A DNA stretch of 64,000 bases from Lama guanicoe (Eukaryota), in the NCBI GenBank assembly GCA_013239625.1, contig MU053810.1, forward strand, positions 4,930,071 through 4,994,070, written 5' to 3'. The position numbers were made by a program, and so were the translations under genes. Shown piece after piece: positions 38,517 through 52,100 of the stretch; position 1 is the first letter of the stretch; every line of letters begins with the position of its first letter. The notes under the pieces were generated by a model. That model was not told the DNA's origin. It saw only the letters and a program-made list of their open reading frames with translations, and searched no databases.

Positions 38517-40517
38517 CACAAAAAGAACTGGAAATAACGGTAACTAGACAGCAGGAGTCCAGAAGGAAAAAAAAAAAGAACAAGGGAAGATTACAGAGAG
38601 CAAAACCATCTACCCCAGGACTGGGAACATCTTTTCTACCTTTGGTCACTAAGGTCAGAGAAAGCTTTGTAAGCAGGTAAAATGCCAGCCAGACTTTGAA
38701 GTACAGGGTTTACATAAATGACAAGACACGGGAAAGGCATTTCCAGCTAAACGAACACACAAAAAAACACTTCACATTCCGTGTATATTCAGGGGACAAT
38801 GAAGCTGCCATGTGCTCTGAATCATGCTTTCCCACGGGACAGTGGGACACTGCGGGAAGAAACAGGTGTACTTTACATCCTGTTAGAGCCACTTGGCTTT
38901 AACCGAGCTGCAGGCTTCCTTCAGAAAAGCATGTTTATGTGACAATCCATCTGTCACTCTAGAGAAATGATGAGCAGAAAATTAAGACACTCTGAAAAGT
39001 TATCTTCCAAACCTTTGTCTTAAAGTCCATACCTGAGGCTCAATAAATTCTGCACACAGCTTTTTCTCACTAATTTAACACAGTGAAGCAACAGAAGACT
39101 CTAGTCATCTGTGTATCATACGTTGATACTTTAAAGATACAAAAGTCATCAAGTTTCCCAGGTGGCGGAGAGACAAACACAGGGCTGACAAAAATGTCAA
39201 GCTATCAATCTGCCACTGAACTGTTTACCACTTGGCTAATCAAACACAAACTATTTCCATCCAGATGAAACGAGTAAATCTAGGTCAAAGTAAAGATTTT
39301 CTCCCTAAAATTTTCTTCTTCCTTCTACTAAAGCTTTTTTGGTCAAGTTAAGACTTTATCCATCAACTTAACTATCTTCCCCTTCTGGATGGTAACAGTG
39401 GTTAAATTAACTAAGCTCTCGGTACCTCAGTGTCCACATCTTTAAAATGGATGTAACAGTCAAACCTCATTTCATGGGTTTGTTTCGAGGATTAAACAGG
39501 TAAATAACCAGTGTTAAGTTACTTAGTAAGGGCTCAGTGTTCTCTCTGAAAACCCTAAAAAGTTATCTAAAATCTACTTTGCTTCACTGTGTTTCTAGGA
39601 AACCCACATTACAGCCTAGCATTTACAAACAGTATATGAAGACGAAATAAATATTAAGGCTAGCAAATGTCAAGTGCATAAATACCAAAATTATAACTTG
39701 AACAAAAAATATTCAAAGGCTGTGACACTCAAAACTGGAGACAAACAGATACATACTGTATGCCGGAAATTAAAGGACTACTAACTTTTTATTCTGATTT
39801 ACATATTTTTAGGCAAAATAAAATACAGACTTTATATACATCCTTATCAACCCTTCGCAAAGGCTTAATGACTCTTTTATACACAGCTATTGGGAATTTA
39901 CTCTGATGGTTCTTTAATTTTAGTCAAATACCAAAAAAATCCAACTGGCCTCTTTCCCTACTAGAAGTCTGAGACCATCTTGGCAGACGGTCTTCTAGAA
40001 ATATACGTCATTAATTTAACAAAAACAAATTCACTTTTCCTGGCCTTGCTCGTTCAGATTATCCATAGAAAAGCAAAACCACGCCATAAAACCCTAGCAG
40101 TTTTACAGGTTATAAAATAGTAGACGAAGGAATTTAGCAGAAGCAAAGATTAAATAAATGAAGGCAGCTACAGAACCAGAACACATTAAAATATTTAAAA
40201 AGAAGAAGAATTATCTGATTTAACTCTTTAAAAAAGAAAGCTTAAAAACAGTATCACTGTTTCCCAGGGTCCTCAGACCAACTTGCTTGTGAGAATTAAC
40301 AGATTATACAGGTTGACTTTGTGGAAAAAAAAAAAAATGACTCACTCACATACATACAGCTAGCTATCCCAGCTTTTTTTAAAAACCAGATTTTTGCCAT
40401 AAAATATACCAGAGGTTCCCCATGTAGAACTCGAATCTATCAAAAACAGTTTGAACTAAGTAGCAAAAATAAGTTCCAGGCTCCAAGCACTAAAAGTTGT
40501 GTGTTTCACTCTATCCA

Positions 40518-40766
40518 GACTATATACAGGACTCTTAAAACTCAACAACAACAAAAAATACTCAATTTAAAAATGGGCAAAGACCCTGAAGAGGCACTTT
40601 TCCGAAGAAGATACACAAACAGCCAACAAGCACATGGAAATATGATGCTCAATATCACTAGTCATTACAGAAATGCAAATCAAAACCCCAATGAGATACT
40701 ACCTCATACATACATAGGTTGGCTATAATTAAAAAATAATAAATATTTTAAATGGAAAATAACAAA
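40518..40766 (+). mobile_element. LINE-1 ORF2 fragment
   Basis: aaaatgggcaaagac...atgctcaatatcactagtc...gaaatgcaaatcaaaacc motif series. Confidence 0.8.
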
Positions 40767-43421
40767 TGTTAAGCATTTTTTCCCCTGATGATTGGTGCAA
40801 TTCAACATCTTTTCATGTTCTTATAAGCAATTCATACACCTTCTTTTATGGAGTTTACTTTCGCCCATATTTAAAATTAGGATGTCTTAATGTTATTGGG
40901 TTACAAGAGTTCTTTATATATTCTGGCAGCAAGTCCCTGATCAGATATACATTTTGGAAGTATCTTCTCCCCATCTGTGGTTTAACTTTTCATCTTCTTA
41001 ATGGTGTTTTTACAAAGAACAGAAAGAAGTTTTTAATTTTCATGAAGTCCATTTTATAATTTTTTTTCTCCTGTTAGTGGTTTTTGTGTCCTGTCTCAGA
41101 AATCTCTCTCTCCCCAAAAGCCATGCATATTTTGATCTTGGCTAGAAGTTTTATTGTCTTAGCATTCACATTTACATCAGTGACCTATTTGGGGTTAACT
41201 TTTCTGTGTGAGGTAAACATGGAGGAGCATTTTTGTTCCAGTACGACTTGAATTCACACCACTGAATTCAAATGATCACATAGACATGGGTCTCCCAACC
41301 CTGAATTCTTTCATTGTTTTATTTATCTATCATTACATCATTTTACATGGTCTTGATTTTTTGCAGTTTTGAGTCAGTATTATAAAATAGTAGTGTAAGT
41401 CCTCCAAACTGTGTTCTTTTTCAATCTTGTTTTGGCTACTCTGTCTTTTGCATTTCCATGTAAATTTTAGAAGCAGCTTTTCTGTTTCCAACCAAAACAA
41501 TGTTTAAACGCTACTGAAATTTTAAATAGGATTGAAACGGATTTACACAGCAATTTGTGTCTAAGTCCCATCTTAGTAACAGAGTCCTCCAATCCATAAA
41601 TACAGCATCTCTCTCAACTTATTGAAGTTGTCTTTAAAATATTAAAGTAATAGTGCTATTATTTTTTATTTCATTTTCCGACTGTTGGTTGTTAGTACAT
41701 AGAAATACACTAATTTTTGTATATTAACCTTGTATTCTTGTTGGTAGCCTTCTATCCCCACAACCCTGCAGAATTTACTTGTTAGTTCTAGAATGTTTTT
41801 TGGTAGATTCCTTGTGATATTTTTACGTACACAATCAGTTGCAAACAAATAAAGAGCTTTATTTCCTCCATCTCTTTTTCCTTCCTTCCTTTTCTTTCTT
41901 TTCTTGACATATCACACTAAGTAGGGCCTCCAGTAGGACCGTGAATAGACGGTTAAGAGCAGACATCCGTACCCTGTTCCTGCGCTCATCAGTGAAGTGT
42001 TCAACATCTCACCAAGCATGACAGCTGTAGTTTTTCTTCATGGATCCCCTTTATCGAACTGGGTAAGTTTCCTTATATTCCCCACTTTTCGAGTCTTCAT
42101 GACAAATGAATGCTAAGGTTTGTCAAATGCCTTTTCTGCATCTACTGAGATGATCATACAGATTTTCTCCTTTATTCTGTTAATACGTTACACGGTTCAT
42201 ATGTTGTTGCTACATTAAAATGATAAATGAATCTTTCTCTTGAGAGAACTCCAACTTAATCATGATATTGTAGCCTTTTCATATGTTGCTAGATTTGATT
42301 TGCGAACATTTTGTTAAGGATTTTTACATCTACAACCATGAGGGTTATTGTTCCGAATTCAGGTTCTTATACTGTCTTTGTCCGGTTGTTACTAGGCTTA
42401 AGCTGGCATCATAAAGAGAAGATGGGTGGTGTTCCCTCCACCTCTATTTTCCAAGCTTATATGATTTCTTCCTTAAACATGTGACACAACATACCAGTGC
42501 AGCCATCTGGATCTGGAGTTTCCTTTGTGGGAGGTTTCTGACTCTGAATTCAATTTCTTTAACGCATATGGCAGTGGCCAGGTTTTTTCTTTTTTTAATT
42601 TCTCCTTGTGGCAGTTTTGGTAATTTATATCTTTCAAGGTGTGATATTGTGATTCATAATAAGAAGTACATACTTGGTCTTCACTCCCATTTCTGGCAGA
42701 GCCCATAAAACCCTTGGAATTTCCTAAGTGATGACAGCAACAGAGGTGTCCTTTGTTATGTTAATGAGGTGATGTTTGGAATGCACCTGAGGAAGGGGCT
42801 GATTGTCAGGAGAACCACCCAAGTGATTAGAGGGTCAGAACATTCAATCCCACCTTGACCTCGGGGGAGGGGGAGAGGGGGAGAGGGGCTGGAGGTTGGT
42901 CCAACCTCCAGTGGCCAATGATTTAATCAATTGTGCCTGTGTGACGTGCTTGTGTAAACCCAAAAGGATGAGGTTCAGGGAGCTTGCGGGTTGGTGGCCA
43001 CATGGGGACTTGGGGAAATGGTACACCTGGAGGGGGCACAGAAACCACACCTTTACCCCATACATCCCTCCTATCTGGCTGTTCCCGTGTTATACTCTTT
43101 ATTAGGAACCCCGTGATCTAGTAAGTAATGATTCTCTGGGTTCTGTGAGCCGCAATAGCAAATTAATCAAACCCAAGGAGGGGGTCATTGGAACCTCCAG
43201 TCTATAGTCAGGTCGGAAGCTCAGGTGACAACCTAGACTTGCAACTGGCAGCTGAAGTTATGGGGGTGGGTGGGGTGGGCAGTCCCCTGGGACTGAGCTC
43301 TTAACCTGTGGGATCTGACCCTATCTCCAGGCAGACAGCATCAGAATTAAGTTGAATTGTAGGACACTGAGCTGGTGTCAGAGAATTGCTTGGTGGGGGA
43401 AACCCCATGACCACCACGCAC

Positions 43422-43453
<32 letters not shown>

Positions 43454-43650
43454 CCCCCCCCACATCTATGAATTGGTATCAGAATCCTTATCTAGAATTT
43501 GCCCACTTCATCTAAGCTGTCAAATTCACAGGCATAAAGTTGTTCAACATTCTCTTTTTTATCTTTTTCAATGACTTGTGGGCTCTGAATGATGTCCCCT
43601 CTTTTATTCCTGATATTGGCATTTTAGGTTTTCCCTCTTTGTTAATCACA
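40767..43650 (-). mobile_element. Old LINE-1 (L1M) ORF2 remnant, interrupted by an LTR
   Basis: T-rich antisense ORF2 motifs; track ORF 41666-41848 reads ILELTSKF..YKVNIQKLV. The element resumes after ~43480. Confidence 0.8.
42640..43482. mobile_element. ERVL solo LTR, MER21-like
   Basis: Starts tgtgatattgtgattcataataagaa...aaaacccttggaatttcct, resembling the recalled MER21 consensus. Nested in L1. Confidence 0.7.
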
Positions 43651-44310
43651 CAAACTGATTTCTGATATTTGAAACCCTTTTCAGAGATCCCTCTCTCATC
43701 TGCTATCAAACTCAAAGCCAACTGGAAGAGACATACCTTCTTCCTGTCAAATATGTGCCAAACATTTCACCCTAGTTTGTAGAAATCAAGGAGTATTTCC
43801 TTTCTAAGCCATGTGTGTTGGGGTACCCTTACGCTCCCTGAATATATGTGCATTTCAGCCTTTATATACCTGCCTACCTTTTTCCTAGAGAGCCCACTTT
43901 CTCCAAACACAATGTTCCAGTAACTTATTTGAAAATAATAGATAAAAAGATTATGGAGATCAAACAAAAAGACAGCTGAGAGACGTAGCAGTAGCCAAGG
44001 ACTAAACTGGAGAAAATCACTCCTCTCCTAAACGGAAGAGGATTTGCATTCCCCCTTTGTTTAAGGCAGAGGCAGCGGCAGTAGCCATGAACTATGAAGT
44101 TCTGCCAGTATCCTCAGCTAGGGATCCTAGTCTGGTTCATGCCACCCCAAGGAAGACACCATTGGTAGGTCTTTCTCACTAAGTCTAGAATGTAACTGTT
44201 CCTACTAGGATGGTTAGGTTGGTTTTTAATCAACTGCACATTTTGCTAAGGCATCATCAGTGCTTTTAGGCAGCAAAGACTCGTGAGAGTCAGCAATAAA
44301 TGCAGCTGAA

Positions 44311-45219
44311 CAAACAAATAACCCAATTGAAAAATGGGCAAACTACGGGAACAGGCATTTCTACCAAGAAGACTTACAAATGGCCAACAGGTTTATCAAA
44401 AGGTGCTCAACCTTACTAATCAACAGAGAAACGCAAACCAAGACCACAAAGAGATCACCTCCCCTTCTCAGAATGGCTACTGCTAATACAAAAGATAACA
44501 CGAGTTAGAGAGGATGCGGAGGAAAGGGAACCCCTGTACGCTGCGGGCGGGAATGTAAACTGGTACAGCCATTACGTGGAGGTTCCTCGAAAAACTATCA
44601 TGTGCCCCTGCAATCCCACTTCTGGGTACTTATCCAAAAGAACGGAAAGCAGGATCTTGAAGAGAACATTATTCAGCCTTAAGAAAAGAGGAAAGTCCTG
44701 CCATTTGCAACAAATTGGATGGAACTTGAGGGCATTATGCGAAGTGAAATAAGCCACGTACAGAAAAAACTATATGATCTCACTTATATGTGGAATCTCA
44801 AATAGAGAAACTCTTAGAAACTGAGAGAACACTGCCAGAGGCTGGGAAGTGGGGAAAATGAAGACGTGATGGTCAAAGGGTACAGTTTCAGTTACACAAG
44901 AGAAATAAATTCTGGAAATTCACTCAGCACCATGGTGCCTACAGCTAACAATTCTGTATGTACACTTAAAATGTGCTAATGGGGTAGATTTTATGTTAAG
45001 TAGGTCTTATGTTTGTTATAATAGTTATATTAACAACAACAATAATAATAAAGAAAATGGGAGGAAATTTGAGGGAGGAAATGAATACGTTTATGGTCCT
45101 GATGGTGGAGGTGGTTTCATGGGTGTATTTTATCCCCAAATTCACTGAGTTGTATACATTAAATATATACAGCTTTTAAAATGTCAATTGTACCTTAATA
45201 AACACATTTTTAAAAAAAG
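44311..45219 (+). mobile_element. Older LINE-1 3' portion (L1MA-like)
   Basis: NNPIEKWA.. ORF2-like start, 3'UTR, aataaa and A tail. Degenerate TSD. Confidence 0.85.
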
Positions 45220-45808
45220 AGATGAAGGCATCTAAAACATTCAGACTCTGAAATATTTGCCCACCTACGAACTATTATAACAGCAGGCTCTTTCAAGATG
45301 CTACTCTTAGACCCCTGTTTAAACAGTTTTATTTCTAAGTCAACTTGAGAAGCCAGGATTTTCTATTCGCTCTCAGTGGCACTGTCTCTTAGAAGAAGAA
45401 AGCACAGGAAGTCTGGTCACTACTGTTATGCCTTCTTCTAGATTCACACCCACTTTTTAGGATCTCTTGGCAAACAGAGCTTAAAGCATTAAGCATCACT
45501 TCCTAGCAGATAATGTCACTTCCCCATACATGCAATCACCTTCAAGGACATTAGTTTTCTCCTTCAGATTCAAATCATTCTCTTCGGAGATGCCTAACCA
45601 CTTTGATTATGCTTTCTTCTTTTGACTGGTCTCGTTCTGCCAGACCCTGTGTCCATGGCTTTCCTCCTTCTCCAACATCACTTTCTCTGATGTCAAGAAA
45701 TCCTGCTTCTTTTGCAGAACTGGCAGTTGGACTCTTTGGTTTACTTTGTCTTTGCAGTATGTTATCCAGTGCATCTCATAACCAGCGGGATTTAAAGACA
45801 AGATGGAT

Positions 45809-46339
45809 GGAAACAACCTAAATGTCCATTGACAGATGACTGGATAAAGAAGTTGTGGTATATTTATGTGATAGAACACTACTCAACCATAAAAAATGAT
45901 AAAATAATGCCATTTGCAGCAACATGTTCTGGAGAATGTCATTCCAAGTGAAGTAAGCCAGAAAGAGAAAGACAAATACCATATGATATCATTTATATGT
46001 GGTATCTTAAAAAAGACAAATGAACTTATTTACAAAACAGAAACAGAATAGACTCACAGACATTGAAAACAAACTTATGGTTACCAGGGGGTGGGAGGGA
46101 ATAAATTGGGAGTTTGAGATTTGTAGATACTGACTAATATATATGAAACAGATAAACAAGTTTATATTGTATAGCACAGGGAACTATATTCAATATCTTG
46201 TAGTAGCTTATGGTGAAAAAAGAATATGAAAATGAATATATGTATATTCATGTATGACTGAAGCATTGTGCTGTAATGTACACCAGAAGTTGACACAACA
46301 CTGTAAACTGACTATACTTAAATTAAAAAAAAGAGAGAG
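45809..46339 (+). mobile_element. 5'-truncated LINE-1 with TSD
   Basis: Same 3' end family as the 16139 element. Perfect 13-bp TSD agacaagatggat at 45796-45808 and 46340-46352. Confidence 0.92.
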
Positions 46340-49300
46340 AGACAAGATGGATTCAATGAACAGATGGCGTGCCTGTTGGTGTTAAATGAGGAAGAGTGTA
46401 GAGAGAATTATTTTGTTAATGATTCCCTAATTATTATTTCTGTTAGAATGATTTCTGAAACCCTTCACAACGTATACTTAGGTAAAGACAAACAAATTTT
46501 TCTTTCAAAGTAACTTTTCCTTCTCTTGATAAAGAGTAAATGTGAACAAATGATTACAAAGAAATCATTCGAACAGTTACCTGCTTGAAGAAAATATGCC
46601 CATCTGGAAATGACATGAAACAAACTACTTTTATAAGAAGTCTAAAAAGGAACAACACCTTTGATATAACCAAAGTCAGAGTTCTATCACTTTAAAATAT
46701 TTAACTTTTGATAAAAGCCTTACATACAAAAGAGTGCAACACCTCTTACTGTAGAATTGTAAAGTGCTCTTTTGACATAAAATGTATTTTATTTGAAAAG
46801 GGTATTATTTTGTTATACTAATGACATGTAAAAGAAATACATCTGATTACAAACTGAAGGAAATAATTATAATTTTAAGGTTGAAATTCTCACTGGTTTA
46901 CAGTCATTTAAAGCTCCTCTCCATATTTTTGCTGTTTTCTTTATACTGATTTCAATTTGGTCATGTAATTCCAAAATCAGGATGCCGAAGAACTGAAACC
47001 TTGAATGTCATTTAGTTCTGTTGTTCTCAAACGTGGAAGATTTACCAGGGCACCTTTTTTAAGCTAAGGTTTGGGGGTCCCCTTTCCAAGGATTCTGATT
47101 CATTAACTTAATGGAGGGGACAAGAATCTGTAGTTTAAAGGTTGCCCGAGTGATTCTAAAGATCATCCAGATTTGCCTGATTTAAATTCCCAATGAAGCA
47201 GGAATCCCGCCTGTAATCCCCTAACTGAAGGGCATTCCACCTCTGCCAAGAACACATTCAATTTCAGCTAACTTCTAATTTAACAAAAAGTTTTCTTCTG
47301 AATTCTGGAAATTGGCCCATCTGTCCATCCGCTGATCCTAGCCCTACCCTTCATAGCCACACAAAATAAATCTTATCTCTCTTCCATATTACAATCCTTG
47401 AAAATATCTTTCTACGGTGCTTTTTGAAGAGTTTCTTTTCCTCCATTTATACAATTGATATATACTTCCCTTATGAACAGAGAAGGGTATCTATAACATA
47501 TTATTAAATGGAAAATAAGTAAACTGAAAAGTTTCCTAAAAGCATTATAATAAAGATCTCATTCAAACTGGGTACCCAGAGTACTTCCCTCCCCTCACAT
47601 TCACAGGTGCATAATGTTTCCAGAAGCCAATATGCAAAACCTGAAGGAGAGAGCAGGTCTCACTGATTTCGCTAACACAAATTCTTTTAAATACAGAATC
47701 TGTATTTATTGAATACACACTGGGAATTAAAGAAGTTTAGATAGCTCAACGTTAAAAAAAAAAAAAGATACCTGTTAATCCCCAAGATCACAGTAGCTAA
47801 GACATATCCAGGAGAAATATCACAAACCCAGCTTTCTGACTCCTGGTTTTTTAGGACACTCTCCACTTTGAGAAGAAAAATCAAGATATTCTTAAGAATA
47901 TAAGCCCTGTCAAGATATATTAAAGATGAATGCAGTGAACAAAAGAAGAGTAGATGCCAAGAGACTATGTTTTCATTAGGTCAGAGAAGGAGAAACAAGT
48001 GGAGGGATTCTACACACACATACACATCCCCAGTCCTGCAAACCATGCCAGGTGTCCATTCAGCACAGAGATAAGCAACAAGGCGAAAAGGCAATAAGTA
48101 ACCAAGTCTGAATCAAAACCACGCCCAGGATCAAACAGAAGGAAGGTCCAACGGTAGCTAGCCTAAGGAAGAAATAAACTCTTTACTTGCCATTGTTTGA
48201 TAATAATACTTTGTACTGGTCTGCCCACAGGCCTTCCCCAAAACAGATGAATATTCAAAAATATCAAATTTGGGTTCTAAATCTACTATTCACAAATCTA
48301 CACAGTGGAATTTCTGCGTATTAATAGACAACTAGGGAAAAAGAGGACTTGTAAAAAACAATTTCCACCACATTAAGTTTCTTAAGCCTGTAGTACAATA
48401 TAACCATTTGCCTTTCAGATTATCTTAGATGTACAAAAGGCCATCTTCCAAATTTTATTGTTAAATAAACTTCTGGCACAGCACTCAATATTTTTAAGAA
48501 TACGACCACTTAAACTGAAAACCTGTTCTGGTGGAAGCAATCCGGAATTGAGGTCGAGCGGAGATGTCTTCCTACTTCAAACCAACAAAATATTCAGGCG
48601 GCTCGTAATATTTTTAATTCCTTATGGGCAATTAAAATTAAATAAATACTAGAGCAATCTAAGCCCAATAACCTTTCATTTCACTCATCTAATCACATCA
48701 ACCAGAGAGGAAAACAAGTGCCTGCCATATGGTCTTTCTGTAACAGAAAATAGCCGCCTTCAGCAACAGCGTCTGTGCGTCTGTACGCAGCACTGCCCAG
48801 ACTCCAGCCAGCACGCTGCCCAGTGGAGTAAGATGACAGGTCCCTTCACAAAGCCAAGGACAAAAGAAACTGAGCATCACTTTTGTACCAGATGATGTGA
48901 CCCAGTAATAACTAAAGAAATGAGGAAAGGATCAGAGATTCTGTAATCAAGGCCCAAGGGCTTCATAAAATGTGTCACTTGGGAGAAATGACTGCTAAGA
49001 AACACTAACAACGTACGGAGAAATTTTCTTAGACCTGGGTACTCACTTTGTTGATGGCTCTTAGCTAGACTACCAGGTCCCACCCAACCCCTCCAAATCC
49101 AGACTTGTGCCCCGCCTCTTCATTCCAACAGGCTGTACTTTTAATCCTAACTTGCAGTAGAAAGCTTTTGAGGTGCAGTGGTCTTCCTGCCACTGAGATT
49201 CAGGTATACGAAGGAACACACATTTTAAATTAAATAGCAGCGTTACGTTATATTGTCCAATAGCCTAGAATGAATCCTCCACTGCAGAAAACATTTTTTA

Positions 49301-49663
49301 AATGTTTAAGTGTTGTTTTGAACAATGTGTGTGGTATCTTTTTCAAATAGTGCCTATTATCTTAAGCAGTGTAGGTTTGCTAGAAACCGGATTTTCACAA
49401 GACTGATAACATATTACCTATTTTTAAAATCTGTAAATGATGTCTTTTTTATTCTAATTCTGCAATTAAACAAAAAAGAGAAAATACAAAAATAATGTAA
49501 TTCCCGGATTCTCACCATCCAGAATTAACAACTGTTAACATTTTGCCATAGTCAATGATCACTTTTTAACCTACAATGAAATATTTGTGACATTAAAAAA
49601 TTTAAAATATAAGGAACATTCATACACTGGCCAGTTGTTTTAAGAAAGAAAACATCAGACATA

Positions 49664-49991
49664 CAGTTGGCCCACTGTATCTGGAGGTTCTGTATCTGTG
49701 GAGTCAACCAATGGAGGATCAAAAACATTCAGGAAAAAAATTTTCCAAAGAGTTCCAAAAACAAAACTTGAATTCGCTGCACACTGGCAACCATTTACAT
49801 AGCACTGACATTGAATTAGGTGTTGTAAGTAATCTAGAGATGATTTAAAGCAAAAGGGAGGATATGCAGGCTACATATAATACCCTTATTATATAACACC
49901 CTTTATGTAAGGGACTTGAGCATCCTCAGATTCTAGATCCACGGGGTTGGGGAACTGGAACCAGTGCCCTGTGGATACTGAGGAATGACTG
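49664..49991. mobile_element. MER2-like TcMar-Tigger element
   Basis: TIRs cagttggcccactgtatc / gatactgaggaatgactg, flanked by TA on both sides (49662-63, 49992-93). Confidence 0.8.
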
Positions 49992-50309
49992 TATTACCTT
50001 TTTATAGTCTCCCCCCCCACCTCAGTCTGAGTCCCTTCCCACTCGTCTGTTAATTAGCATTATCTCACCTTACTGTGAAAATTATCGTACGTTTGTACTA
50101 CACACTGCCTTGGTTACTGTTGCTTAGTAACCAGCTTCCCAAAGGTAAGAAAGAGGTGAACAAAAATGTGAACAGCCATCCTAACGGAAATGGAGGCCTA
50201 GGAAGACCCTGCGTCTCACACTCTGCACACTGTTGTACAATCTCAATTAAGTATTCACGTATTACATACCTAGAGGCAAACTCCAGAACATTTTGGAAAT
50301 TTTTCTTAG

Positions 50310-52100
50310 ATCTTCATTCATTCATTCATTTAAAAAATACATTTGAGGGCCTGTGTGCTACGCTCCCTTCCAGGCACAAGCAATACCAGGTAAACAAAAT
50401 GGACAAACTGTACTCTTAACACTTTTTCTCTGTCCAAAGAAATAAGCCAAATCAGATGGAGAAGCATGTCAGATGGAGGGTAATCGATGGGGAGAAAAAG
50501 CGAGGAAGGAAGACAGGTTGTGCCATGGGGAGCAGGGGAAAAGGGCGTTCAATGAACTGATTCTCCCACAAGGTGACTTCTAAGTGAACCCGGAGGACAC
50601 CTGGGGGAAGGTGTTCCAAGGAGAGGGTACCCGAGTGGGGATGCTCCGGGGAACGTTCTGCTTGTGTACTCACAGAACAAGAGTTGTTTGTACCTGATAT
50701 TTACACCCAGGAAACTGAGTCTGGAGAGGAAAAAAAATGGTCACACTGAGTCAGGAGGAACATGAAGACTTAGCAGGTCTGGAAGCTGAGGCAACTTCAG
50801 AGACTGACAAGGCGAGAACAGTGAGGCAGGAGGACAATCGGGTGGTCAGTGTGCTGCAATCTAAGCAAACATTTTATGAGAAGTAAAGCCCTCCCTGCAG
50901 GTTCACTCGTTCACGGGACACATGTTTACTGAGCATCTACTGTGTGCTGCACACTGCAGAAACCGACATGGTCCCTGTTGCTGTGGGACATGCAATCCAG
51001 GGGAACAGAGGTACATAAACTTGTAAGTGCCATTCCTGATAAAGCACAGGATGTTTGAGGGTAACACACGGGAGCCAACTAACCAGGTCTGGAAGGTCAG
51101 GGAAGGCTTCCCTGGGGAAGTGGTCTTGAAGAGAAGACCACAACTATAGTAAAAATAAGGAAATGGGTAGAAGTGGAGGAGGGGAGACTGGAAGGAAAGG
51201 TAGGACAAAACAGGATTTATAAGGATCTGAAGTGAAGAGAGACATTGTGATGCCTGGCAAGGAGGGGGAGGGGGACTGAAAATCATACCGGAAGTACAGG
51301 AGGTGACAGAGGACATAGGAGAAGGGCGGGCCAGATTAGCAGTGTCCTTTAAGACTTCTCTTAGGAGTTTGAACCTTATACCAAAGGCACTGGGAGGCCA
51401 GAAAACTGTTTTAGGGCAGGGAATGCAATGATCAGCTTTCTATTTCAGGAGAAGCACCCTGCAGAGGGCTGAAGGGGGCGAGGCCGGGAGAGACTGGCAC
51501 ACTACTTAGGGAGCCTGGTGCCTGATTCACGGCCACTGGAAGCAGCTGACCTGAACTCAGGGACCGGCAGTGGGATTCACTCGAAGGTAGGCTCGATAGG
51601 ACTTTGACTTGAGGAAGGAGGAGAGGAGGGTCAGGGATGGCAGCCTAGCTTCTCACTTGGACAGACAGGTAACTCCTCCCTAAGAGCAGGAAGTCAGGGA
51701 GCTGGGCAGCGTGGTGCTCAAGGTAGAATTTAAGTTTGAAGCGCCGGTAGGCTATCCGAAAAGAAAAGAAAGAATTAAAGAAAAAAAAACTGTTTGGCAA
51801 ATAGGCAATTGGCTATCTAGGTCTAGAGAGCAGTCATAAAATCTGAGATAGAGTAGTAAATTAGGAATCACGGGCATGCGGACGAAAGCCCTGGGAGGGT
51901 GTAAAGTGAAACCCGGGGATGAGAAGGCAGACAGCAGAGGAATGGAAATGCCTGGCTCTGTAAAAACCAACATGAACGAGGCAGCAGAGCAAGAAGCCTA
52001 AAGGGAGAGAGCAAAAGAGAAAGATGGAGGGGGAAGGGGAGAGGGGGAGAGACAGAAAGAGATAAGAGACTGACGAGGAACAAGAGTCTGGGATAAAAGC
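50310..52100 (-). mobile_element. Cluster of LINE-2 remnants (others at ~29690-30200 minus, ~35240-35800 plus)
   Basis: cattcattcattcatt and tttactgagcatctactgtgtgc termini with purine-rich bodies. Confidence 0.55.
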
